From Monocercomonoides exilis PA203 (lineage: Eukaryota; Protista; Preaxostyla), in contig LSRY02000003.1 in NCBI GenBank assembly GCA_001643675.2, positions 1,364,001 through 1,428,000 of the forward strand: a stretch of DNA of 64,000 bases, read 5' to 3'. The position numbers and the translations under genes were made by a program. Within the stretch, counting starts at the first letter, position 1. Each line of letters opens with the position of its first letter. Positions 31,533-42,117 of this stretch are shown here, one piece after another. The notes beneath the pieces were generated by a model. It ran no database searches, was not told the origin of the DNA, and saw only the letters and a program-made list of their open reading frames with translations.

Positions 31533-32778
31533 CTCTTCCTCTTCCTCTTCCTCTTCCTCTTCCTCTTCTGAAACATCTCAACTTCTTCAAACAGCTAAAC
31601 AGCTCCTCCACACAATCAGAGAACAAAGCAGCAAAAGAAAGAAAGAGAAAAACGAGAGAATGAAACAGAGAATGCGAAATAGCGTTTATATTTTTGGTTC
31701 TTCTTCTTCTTCTTCTTCTTCCTCCTCCTCCTCCTCTCCTTCTCCTTCTCCTTCTCCTTCCTTTTTCTCTTCCAAAAAGCGTCCTTTCTCAATAGCAGTT
31801 GTGCCATCAGCGTCTTCTATGAGAAAGATGAATGACAAACAAAATCTGAATGAAAATGAAAATCAAAAGGAATATCAAAAGAGCAATCCACGTTTTCCTC
31901 TTGTTCCTCCATTGAAGATACAAACAGAGGCAAAGGAGGAGAATTCGATTGAACAACAGCTGCTTCCAGACTCATTTCTATCAAATGCTTCTTCTTCTTC
32001 TTCTTCTTCTTCTTCTGGTTTTTCTTCTTCTTCTTCTCTTTCTCTTTCTCTTTCTCAGTCAAGTTCATCAGATGCAAATGTGTTCATTTGTTCAGATAAC
32101 ATTGAAAAGACACCAAAGAAACAACAATTTTATCCTCCTGCTACTTCTCTCTCAGCAATTGAAGCATCTCTTCTGACTGCTACACTTCCTATTTCTTCTT
32201 CTTCTTCTTCTTCTTCTTCTTCTTCTTCTTCTTCTTCTTCTTCTTCTTCCACACAAAATTATCACAATTCTAAATTTGATAAAAGTCCAATAGCAGACAA
32301 ACAACCAATGCTTGTATCATCAGCCACTCAAACACCAAGAAGAAGAAGAAAACAACCACCAAAACATTCTTCTTCTTCTTCTTCAACTCCTCGACGAATA
32401 ACTTTAGGTTCTTCTTCTTCTTCTTCCTCTTCCTCCTCCTCCTCCTCTTCCTCCTCCTCCTCCTCCTCCTCTTCCATTTCATCAGAAGCATCTCTTTCAT
32501 CTTCTCTCTTAAGTGAGTCAACCAATCCAGCATATTCCTTTCTGCTGAATGAGATCGAGAGAATCGACGTTCGAATGCGAAGAGTACAGCAATTAGAGGA
32601 AGAAAGGATAGCAAAAGAGAAAGAAGAACAAGAGAGGGAAATGAAAGAGGTTAGAAAGACGATGGTGGAGAAGAAAAAGAAAAGAAAAAGGAAATTCGCA
32701 AAGAATTGTGTGATTGCTGCTGTTGTGGTTGCGATTTGTGTAGTTATGTTTGTGTTTGTTATTTTGAATTTATTTTAA
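28202..32778 (+). CDS. Large (about 1400 aa) low-complexity coiled-coil tail-anchored protein; exons about 28202-28282, 28393-29214, 29431-32778
   Basis: ORFs 28462-29220 and 29512-32778 join in phase 0 through intron 29215 (GTATGA) to 29430 (CTCAG). Contains a K/E/M-rich coiled coil, poly-Glu and poly-Ser tracts, and ends in a basic stretch plus hydrophobic helix (CVIAAVVVAICVVMFVFVILNLF*). The first exon and its acceptor are less certain. Confidence 0.7.
30367..32475 (+). repeat. Cluster of coding (TCT/TCC)n and (TCTTCC)n microsatellites encoding poly-Ser
   Basis: Long pyrimidine tracts at about 30367-30447, 30766-30840, 31447-31569, 32194-32250 and 32410-32475. Confidence 0.95.
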
Positions 32779-34151
32779 ACCTTAAGAAAAAATTATCGTT
32801 ATGAATAAAAAATGTTTATGGGATAATTAATTTGTATTCAAGTGTTTTGTGAAAATTAGATTTGCTTCAGAAATAATTTTAGTTATGGAATGGAAGGTTG
32901 TGTTATTTTTGTGTTAATTAGAGAAGTTGAAAAAACTATTTTGTCAATTAGAATTATTAAACAGATGTTTCAAAAGTTTATACACAGTTTATAAATCGAA
33001 AATGACACTATTTTTAAAACCTGGCGAAATATTTTCTATAGGAAAATGTTTCATCATAATCTTAAAGGCAATAATCATATTGCTTCAATAATAATTTTTA
33101 CAAAATAATTACAAAAATTCTATTTTCTAACTTTTATTCACCTTTTTGGAAAAGTAAATCAAATATTCAATTTATTTTTTATAAAAGAAAATTATGTCAT
33201 TTTTTATTTTTTAGGTGGTTGAATTTATAATATTTAATTATTTAATTTTCTTTTTTTTTCTTTTCTTTTTTTTTTTTTAACTCGAATTCAAAATTTTTCG
33301 AAATTCATTTTTGCATAGAAATGCTTTTCTTTTTATTTTTAACGGAAACGGAAAAAGATTGGAACAAATCACAGTTTTTTTCCAAAAAGAAAAAATATAT
33401 CCCCATTTGATATTTATATTTTTTTCTATGAAAAATTTAACAAGAATCAAAAAGCTAAAAACAATATTTATTTGTGAAGAATGCGTAATTTTCAGAAAAT
33501 AAAATAAAACAAAATAAAACAAAATAAAAAACAAATGATAAAAAAAACATATTATTCACAATTTCCGAAACATTTATAGCATCGATTATAACTCGAAATG
33601 TAAATTGATAATGAACAAGAATTTGATAAAATTACTTTAAAAAATGAAAAAAAATTTGAATAATGTCAAATCTCATTCAACGGATAGTCTCAATAAATGA
33701 TCCTTCAAAAAATATCAAAAATGAGTAAAGTGCTTTCGAACGATAGGCATAGCATTTCAAAAATTAAATATATCTATCCAGCTCATTGATGAAATAAAGT
33801 GCAATTTCAACATCCAAAAACAGATGAAAAAGACACAAGAAGTTTTTTAACGAATGAATAATAATTTTGAACAAAAAGACATGAATGTTTGAGTAAACAA
33901 ACACATAATCAGAAACTATTCTGTACAAAACTCACAAAATTCCATTCGTTAGGAGGATAATAAACAACAACAACAATCACTTCAAAATAAGAATGCGACA
34001 CAATACATCATAAAAAGATTAAAAGGGCTCAATTTATGTGAAAGAACGATTGTGAAATGATTTAAGAGAAAAACATTAGCCGAAAATTGAAACATTTGAA
34101 AGTCGGCAACTTTCAGTGAAATGATCGCCACCAGTTGAATTATTCAAAATA

Positions 34152-35433
34152 TCACGTTAAAAAGCCAAATTATCAATCCTATCAGTATTATAAGCAATAT
34201 TATGATCAAGCAGCATTTTCCAGAATCTAATTTAAAAAAATCATTGCAATCATTATTTTATAAAACATTTCCAGTTGCGTTAAAAACACGATAACATAGA
34301 CAAATAGAAAGAGAAAATAAAATTCATAAAAATTTCGTCAAGAATAACAGAAACAAATTATTAATTTTCAGTTTTCAATTTGATTTGAAACATTAAGAAA
34401 TAAAGAATTGTAAAATTTAACACACTTTTTGAGTTAAGCATTTTCGTGATGGCTTTGTTTAAGATTCCTATTTTCTTTTCATTTTGTTCGATATCATTGG
34501 AAGCCTTTTCAATTTCACTATTTCAAATGAAGTTATGAAAAAAGAATATATTATCCAATAAAACAATTCAAATAAAAGGAAAAAATCGAAAAGCGAAAAA
34601 AATTGCATGCTTTACAGAATCATCAATTGCATTGCCCATTTCAACTGACATCTCAGTCAATTTTGTTGTTGCCTCATGAAGTATGTCAAGTTTTTCATCC
34701 TGTTGTCTTTCTATCATCTGCCATTCAATTTTGAATTTTCAAATAACAGCGCAAACATGTATTTAAAAATAATAATTATAACAAATCAATACTAGAATTA
34801 TTAACCTGTTGATCCTGCATTTGTTCATTGATGCTGCGTTGGTTATATTCAATTAACTCAGAATCTAGTTTGCTCATTTTGGATGCCTTTTGATCTTTTA
34901 TTAATCTCTAATTTTCATTGAAAATAATATCTAATACAAAACAATGCGAACTTCCTTTATCATTTTCTGACTTTTTTCTTGAGCCTTCGGAGAATTTATT
35001 GTTTCCTCCATATTTTGAAGTTTTATCCTTGTTGAACGTACAAATTCCCTCCGAGATTCAATTTCTTTTTCATCAATCCTAAATCTTGAAAGCTGACCAG
35101 CAGTTACATCTAAAAATATAAATCATTTTCACATTTAATCAAGCACTTTTAGGAAATTTTGTAAACCTATTGATTCAGAAAGCAATTGAAGATCGCCTCT
35201 CAGAGATTCAATATTTCCCGCTAAGTCCGATTTCAATTGATCGAACTGTTCGAGCTCTCCTCTTTCAAAAGCTCTTTTCCATCCTATAAAATCTTCGTCC
35301 AAAGCCTTTAAACTATTTTCAATTTCACTTAATAAATAAATAATTGAAAAATATTGAAAGTATTTTTTATTAAAATATAATATAACTATTTAATGATATA
35401 AAACGGATCATCAGTTGTTCCTCTATCCAGCAT
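34152..35433 (-). CDS. STX6: Syntaxin-6/Tlg1/Syp61-type Qc-SNARE; exons 35433-35387, 35327-35167, 35109-34952, 34907-34806, 34717-34611, 34517-34426, 34226-34152
   Basis: Spliced product MLDRGTTDDPFYIIK...W...GDLQLLSESI...FRIDEKEIESRREFV matches the Syntaxin-6_N pattern. SNARE motif QQDEKLDILHEATTKLTEMSVEMGNAIDDSVNEIEKASNDIEQNEKKIGILNKAITKML; C-terminal TM CCLIIILLIILIGLIIWLLT*. All intron phases are consistent. Absent from the ORF track. Confidence 0.85.
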
Positions 35434-36524
35434 AAAACAACAATTTATGATCAAGTTTACGCAATAATGGTTAAAAGAATTCTTAAAGATAATATGAAAG
35501 CAAAAATAAAATTAATGAAATTTTTATATCGTTATTTTTTTGTTTGTGAAAAATGAGGTTCGGATAAAAATTATCATTGCATATAAGATCAGCATTAATG
35601 GAAATAACTTGATAATTTTTTTTGAAAGATATTATTTTAATGGTATGTAACGAGACGAATGCACTCATTTTTTTGAAGCTTGTGATATGCAAAATTATGA
35701 TGATATTTGGATTCATCCTTGCTCATATTTGAATTTAAAAATCCAAATCATATGGAAAACAGATTGATACATTTGGTTAATTTATTTGGGATTTATTTCA
35801 TCTCTTTAAAGTGCAAAAGCTTTAATGGTTAGGTGGAACTTCCCGAATGAGTTGCAAATACCAAATAGTTGATAAATGTTTTTTATATTTTTTGAATTGA
35901 TAATTCAAATTTGATGAAAGCATTATCCTTATTTCTGAAATCTCCTTTTTTATCCTGATTGCTTTCTTTTCCAATTTCAAAGATGCTAATATTTAATGTT
36001 ATTAAGTTTTCCTGTTGTTTTCATTAAATTTTCTCATATTATTTTACAATCTAGAAGGCTAAATTTTTGGAAAGTTGCAAAATAAAAGAATTTTCAATCT
36101 GTAGTATTGCAGCATTGAGTTGTACATTCTATTTACTTGTTTACAGTGGAGTGATACATTTATTATAGAAAATAATAATTTTTTCCTTTTACAATATTAT
36201 TAAAAATTGTTAGCGATTTTGAGGTCATTTTATTAACATTTTAGAAAGTCGAGAAACACTGCAAATGATCATTGTCTTTTAGATGTTTTTAGAAAATTTC
36301 TTATTTTTTATTTTCGTGATTAAGTGTTTTTATTCCTGAGAAATAAATTCCGTTTGTTTTTTACTCATTTGTTTTTATATGCCAAAATTCCACATTCATT
36401 TAAACATCTATAATTATTAATATTTGCAAAAACTTAAAATTTTAAATTTTCATTGCTGAATCAAAAGAAAACTAAAGAAAATCAAATCAATAGAAATAAA
36501 TAATTTTCTGAAGCCCAACGAATT

Positions 36525-39287
36525 CTAATTTTGATAAATTCGAGAGCTTGATTTTATGACTCTTTTCGAAAAAAGTTTTGAATTCAGTACAATTCTATTT
36601 TCAGTTGATTGTGCTCTTCTTTTCTGTTGTTTTTCATTTTCAGTATGAGTTTTGTTATCTGTATTGCTTTGAAGGCTTGATCCTTGTGAAACAAAATCAC
36701 CAGAAGGAAAAGGAAGGGCATGAAAATGAGAAAGATGCTTATGAAGCGATGGAGTTTTTGTTGGAGATGAAAGCAAAGGAGCTGAATATGTTGTTGGTGG
36801 CTTTACTGTTAGCGGACTAAAAAGATGAAATGATGATGAAAATCTCGAAGCTGTTGGAGTTGAGGTTGTTGAATAATCGCTTTTTCCTTTTGACCTCATT
36901 TCTAATTTTGCTGTTTCTCGTGATCCATCATATTTACTCGGGAACTTCTTTATTTTTTCTTCATCTGTTCCGATTTTCTGTTTGTGAACATAATCTTCGT
37001 GCTTTTCCATAAGGCTGCACAGTCCCAAATGATATCGTGACGATGCTCCGCAACTGTAACATGCCCAATTCAAAAGAGCAGAGCTCAGCAGGCGTCGTTG
37101 ATGAAACGCCAAAGCCAAACATTCAGATTCGTTTTCCAGTGTGGATGCTAATTGAAATCGAACGTGCGTGCCTGAAGGCGATTCTGCAAGTGATCTTTCT
37201 CTTTCTCTTTCTCTTTCTGAAAAACTGCTTTTTATCGCTGCTCTTTCAAATGTTCCACGAGTTTTCCATCCAAAAAGTATCCACCTTGTGTTCAGCTTCT
37301 TTCTCATCTCTTTTCTGACTCGTGTTCTTTGTCTCCATTTCGTGAATATTCGGCTAATCAGCAAATTTTCTTGAAAATCTGATAAAATCTTTGATCCTTT
37401 CGCTTCGTTAATCCTCTTTCTTTTCCTTCTTTCTTCTGATTCAAGTTGCTCTTTTAGTTCAATTTCTCTTCTAATTTTGTTTGCTTCTTTTGCTCGTTCG
37501 CTCATAATCATTTTTTGGTCTTCAAACTGCCTGGCAAATGCTATCCATTTCCGTTTTTTCTCTTTTTCTTTTCTTTTTCGCTCTCTTTCTTCTTCCTCTG
37601 CTTTCATCAGAATCTCTTCTCTTTCCCAGAGTTTCCTTCTTTCTTCAACTTTTTTCAAAAACTCTTCTTTTCTCGAAATCTTTCTATCTTTGCCATCTAC
37701 TTTAAATTCCCTTTTCCCATTTCTCGATTGTATTTCATTAGAGCTTTCGCTTTCATTTGAATATTCTTCGCTTTGAAGTTGTTTCCTTCTTTTGTCTTCT
37801 TGCCATTTTAGTAACCTTTCCCTTTTTGCTTTCATCATTTCTAAATATCTTCTCTTCTCCTCTTCTTCTTCATCTTCATATTCTTCTTCCTTATTGAACA
37901 CTTTTTGTTTCATTTCTCTTTCAATGCTTCCACCTTCTTCATTCTCCGCCAATAGACCTCTTTCTTCTTGGACAGGCAATTCTAAGTCCAATTTCCTGTC
38001 ACTTTCAAAATTTATCGTTTGTTGAGCTGTTTCCATCAAATTCAATGCAAACGGCGAGAAATCTGAATTCGATCGCTTCTCATCTTTCTTTTCTCGAGGA
38101 ACGATATCCACCGTCGCAAAAAGTTGGGGCGCACACAAAAATTTGTGGGAAAAGTTGTAATTGTTTTGAAATTTTGGATGCTTTGAAGACTTTTTTTTTA
38201 TTGTTGAATGAAGTTGACTTGAAAATTGCTTTCTTAAAGGTTCAACACCACTTGCTCGCTTTGCACTTTGCGTTTTTCGAAGAGGAGTTGATGACACTAC
38301 CAATTTGCGACATTGAGTTTGCGTTCCTGTTGATTTTGATCGCTTTTTTGGAAGTGAAGAAACCAATGCCACGTTGCGTTGTGCTTTTTCAGCACTTTTG
38401 GATCTCAATTTCGACTTTGAAGTTGCCATCTTATTTCTCGTTGTATTCAGTTTAACAGGCTCTGTTTGTATCGCAATGCTTGCTTTCTGAGATATGTTTG
38501 TCATTTTCTTTTCTTTTTTCTTTTGAAGATTCCTCTGTTCATCTTTATTTTCATCATCCTTGAGATTTTTCTCCTGAATCCATCGAAGTTTTCCTTCAGT
38601 TGTATCCAAACGAAAAACGTTTGCTTTTGTTGATGACAAGCTGAGATCGCATGAATCATCTTCTTCAAGAGCGCTTGAATTACGATTATCTGGAATTTGG
38701 ATCTCAACTGAAGCATCAACGTTATCTTTTTCTTGAATAGATTTCGGCAAATGATTTGATTTAAGTTCCTGATCGGATTCCTCTTTTCTTGATAAGGAAA
38801 AATGAACATCAACAGGAGATGTTTCTTTATTTCTGCTTTCAGTTTTTCGAAGACTTTTTTGAATAATTTGTGGGGAGTTTTCATTTATTGGAAATATATC
38901 ACGCTCATTATCTGGCTGAAACTGCTTTGTAATATCATCTAATTCTTTGTGAAACTGAGAAAAAATACCAGTTATTGCGGGGCGTGATGAAGGCCTGGAA
39001 AAATGTTGTTTCTTATCTTGCTGACATGCATCGGATAATTGAGGTTTAGAAGTAGTTTCATACAATTCAGTTTCATCTAGTGAAATAGAAGAATCTGGCT
39101 TGAGAAAATCAGGCGGTTTATGATGAGCAATACTGGGAAAAATGCGTTCATATCCTTCAATACCCTTTTTTCTAAGATGCTTCATTGGTGTCTTCGAAAC
39201 ATCAACACTCTGTATGGGATTTCTAATTTCTTTACTATTTATTGATAGAAATTTTCTGGATTGCTGCTTGGATGTAAATTTTGACAT
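36525..39287 (-). CDS. 920-aa charged coiled-coil protein with Sfi1-type (centrin-binding) motifs
   Basis: Long ORF with an E/K/R-rich helix. ALAFHQRRLLSSALLNW fits the Ax7LLx3(F/L)xxW consensus; weaker copies are LISRIFTKWR and RWILFGWK. Confidence 0.7.
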   Translation of the reverse strand: MSKFTSKQQSRKFLSINSKEIRNPIQSVDVSKTPMKHLRKKGIEGYERIFPSIAHHKPPDFLKPDSSISLDETELYETTSKPQLSDACQQDKKQHFSRPSSRPAITGIFSQFHKELDDITKQFQPDNERDIFPINENSPQIIQKSLRKTESRNKETSPVDVHFSLSRKEESDQELKSNHLPKSIQEKDNVDASVEIQIPDNRNSSALEEDDSCDLSLSSTKANVFRLDTTEGKLRWIQEKNLKDDENKDEQRNLQKKKEKKMTNISQKASIAIQTEPVKLNTTRNKMATSKSKLRSKSAEKAQRNVALVSSLPKKRSKSTGTQTQCRKLVVSSTPLRKTQSAKRASGVEPLRKQFSSQLHSTIKKKSSKHPKFQNNYNFSHKFLCAPQLFATVDIVPREKKDEKRSNSDFSPFALNLMETAQQTINFESDRKLDLELPVQEERGLLAENEEGGSIEREMKQKVFNKEEEYEDEEEEEKRRYLEMMKAKRERLLKWQEDKRRKQLQSEEYSNESESSNEIQSRNGKREFKVDGKDRKISRKEEFLKKVEERRKLWEREEILMKAEEEERERKRKEKEKKRKWIAFARQFEDQKMIMSERAKEANKIRREIELKEQLESEERRKRKRINEAKGSKILSDFQENLLISRIFTKWRQRTRVRKEMRKKLNTRWILFGWKTRGTFERAAIKSSFSERERERERSLAESPSGTHVRFQLASTLENESECLALAFHQRRLLSSALLNWACYSCGASSRYHLGLCSLMEKHEDYVHKQKIGTDEEKIKKFPSKYDGSRETAKLEMRSKGKSDYSTTSTPTASRFSSSFHLFSPLTVKPPTTYSAPLLSSPTKTPSLHKHLSHFHALPFPSGDFVSQGSSLQSNTDNKTHTENEKQQKRRAQSTENRIVLNSKLFSKRVIKSSSRIYQN

Positions 39288-39672
39288 TCAAAAATTGATA
39301 AAAAATGTGATGGTTCAAAAATGAAATTTCGAAAAAATATTGAGGCCTATCAACTGTTCTAATATCATCAACATTTTAAATTTTTAAAAGTGAAAATATT
39401 TTGGACAAGTTTATCTATCGTTCATGTTGTGCATTTCCACTTCTTTTTTTCATTTCAATAATTTTGAATAAAAAGATGAAAAATAATAAAACATAATGAA
39501 AAAATATTCAATTTTCTATGCGTAGTCATAACAAGAAAATCTACCCCATCGTTGAGTCCAGAGCGAAGAATTCTTATATTTATTGCTGCATTGTCATTGC
39601 ACAATTTTGGGCTTGATATCATCTTATCTCTGGCTATTGAAGAATTGACACACAATGGAATTAAGAAAGAAT

Positions 39673-41942
39673 TCAAGAATGAAATGAAGAAGTTGTTGGT
39701 GAAGTGACTGAAGGAAGTGGCATGATTCTTCCGAATGAACTGAGTTGTTGAAGGCGAGTTGTATCTGAAGAAAGTTGTTTGTAGCGGAAGCGAAGTGTTT
39801 CCAGATCTGCATCAAGATCTGCAATTCTCTGAAGATAAAATACAATTAAAAAAATAAATTCATTATTTTTTCAAAAATTAGAGATAACACAAAAACAGTC
39901 AAATATAAACAACAAATTAAATATTTGCATTTAGAATTGACTTTTCAAAAAGAAGAAGAAAAATCCAACTTTCTCATATTCAGTCTGCATCCGAGTCTTT
40001 GCAATAGCTTCTTTCTGCTTTGTTTTCTCAAGCTCTTCATTAAGGATTGCGACTTCATGTCGCGAATGGTCCAAAGCTGAATTAAACGAATGAGACACAA
40101 TATTTTATGATATGATAACCAAATAATAAAAACCAGAAAAATAATCGATAAACCTTCTTTCAATTGCTGAATGGTTGCAGTCAGTTGTTTGTGCTCAATT
40201 CTTCGTTTTCTTTCATTTTCATTGACCACTTCTTTCACTTGCAGTGCTTCGGCTAATTCCCTGAAGTGTTGCGGCAATGGTATGAATAGAAAATGATGAT
40301 TATTTGAAATATTCCCAAAAGAAAACACATTGTTCAGAAATAATTCACATCAAAGAATCAAAAGTATTTGGAAAAAAAAAATTGCTTCAAACTTTCTTGT
40401 TTCTGCCAATTCTTTTGCAGATGAATGTTGCTGATCTAAAATTGCTGTAATTGCTCGATCTTTCTCCAATAATGTTCTACAATTCGAAAAAACAAAATTG
40501 AAGAAAAAACAAAAAAATCCATTTTTTTACATTCGTTAATGAATATAAATTGAAAATATTTACGTGCTATTTAGAATGTCAAGCCTTTGCATTTGTTCGA
40601 TTTTCTCTCTCTTCTCATTGATGTCTGCTTCCATTCCTTCAACTTTCCCTGTTAGTTCAGCCATTTCATTTCTTGTTGCCACCAAAATTCCGTCAAGCCC
40701 TCCACTTCTATCTCTCTCTCTCTCCAATATTCCCTTCGATGCCTTCTCAGCCGCTTCTGCCTCTTCCAGCCTCTCCTTCAATATCTCATTCTCACCCATC
40801 AGCCTTCCGATCTCAGCCTCTGCTTGCCTTTGCCTCTCCGTCAGCTGCTCCACAACCAAAGTCAGTGCATCAATTTCTCTATGAGATTCTTCTGTTCTTT
40901 TCTCCTCTTCGTTCAGAACGCTTTGCGCTGTTTCTATTTCACGAGACTGTTGTTGAAAGTGCGTGTGGAACTGTTGCAGCGCAACCCCAAGAGTCGCATT
41001 TGCATCTTCTGTTTCTTTTAATTTCTGACTTAATTGTTCAATTGTCGATTCTTGCGAATTGATTGTTGTTCTAAATAAAAATATCATAATTGTTATTTAT
41101 TATTCAGAAAAAACTTTTTTTAAATATTAAAATGATTATTGTTCTCTCCAACCTTAATTCAATGCAAGTCTTTTCTGAGTCTGCAAGAGTAGTTCTTGTT
41201 GTTGCTAGATCATTTGCAATAGTTTTATAGTTTTCAATAACATCTTTGTAGTGCTTTTCCCTTTCTTCCATTTCCTGTAATTCACAAAAATCAAGGGAAA
41301 ATAATGTAAAAATAGAAAATATATGGAGTATAAAAGATTAAAGTCATTATTTTTTTTCAATATTGTTTTCAAATTTCTCACACCAACGAAGCTCTGTGAA
41401 TTAGATCATTCTTTGCTTCAATATCAAGCATCAAACCACGATTCGTTTCTTCTAATTCACTTTTTCGATGACGGAGAGCATCAACATTTTTAAAAAGAAC
41501 AGATATATTTTCAGTAGATTCTTTTCCAATTTCCTCTTTCGCATTAATCTAATTAGTGCAAAAGAAAATGAGACATAAACAAGAAAACATTATTAAATAA
41601 AGGAATTCGGACCTCTGCTCTTAGTGTTTGATTTGTTTTGTCCAATTCGTCAATCTGTTTTTATTAGAGTCAAACAAGTTATAATTTGAAAAAGAAATAA
41701 ATCGAAAGTACCCGCATTCTGAGTGAAGCTAACTCTACTTCTTGTGCAGTTTTATTCTGAGTGAAAAGTTTGATTTGTCCTCGCAATATCATAATTTCTT
41801 TATTTTTGTTCTCTATTTGTTTGATGTAAAGAGAATTTTGCCTCCTTGTTTCATCTGATTCTTGAGAAAGAATTTCAACTTTCTTTGTAAGCGTTTCATT
41901 TTCTCTTTCCAATTCTATTATGCGAGTCTCATACAAATTCAT
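39673..41942 (-). CDS. 9-exon all-coiled-coil protein (about 510 aa), function unknown
   Basis: Phase-consistent GT-AG introns link MNLYETRIIELERENE, IDELDKTNQTLRAE, INAKEE, EMEEREKHYK, TTINSQES, TLLEKDRAI, ELAEALQ, LDHSRHEV and RIADLDADLE...SFHS*. Heptad pattern throughout. Confidence 0.75.
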
Positions 41943-42117
41943 ATGATAAACACAACAAAAATTTTAAATAGAATATCGAAATATTTGTTGTGGGTAATTT
42001 TCCCCATAATTAAAATTTTTATCAAAAGAACTATTTTTATCAAAAGTGTTAGAAAGTTATTCCTCAAATTTTTTGCGTTAATAAATTTGCACATAAATCT
42101 ACTAACAATACAGCTCC

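Noticed and set aside
29411-32614. Many antisense or alternative-frame ORFs (poly-Leu, poly-Lys, poly-Glu)
   Set aside because: Shadows of (TCT)n/(GAA)n microsatellites, which lack stops in several frames.
33277-34150. Possible decayed gene fragments and a short (AAAATAAAAC)n run
   Set aside because: No coherent reading frame could be assembled; the repeat has only about three copies.
35483-36100. Exon-like minus-strand fragments (SLKLEKESNQDKKGDF...)
   Set aside because: Could not be joined into a phase-consistent gene; at best an unverifiable pseudogene.
40570-40590. Possible third GC donor (AG|GCTTGA) in the coiled-coil gene
   Set aside because: A same-phase canonical donor (AC|GTAAAT) lies 21 nt downstream, so GC is not required.
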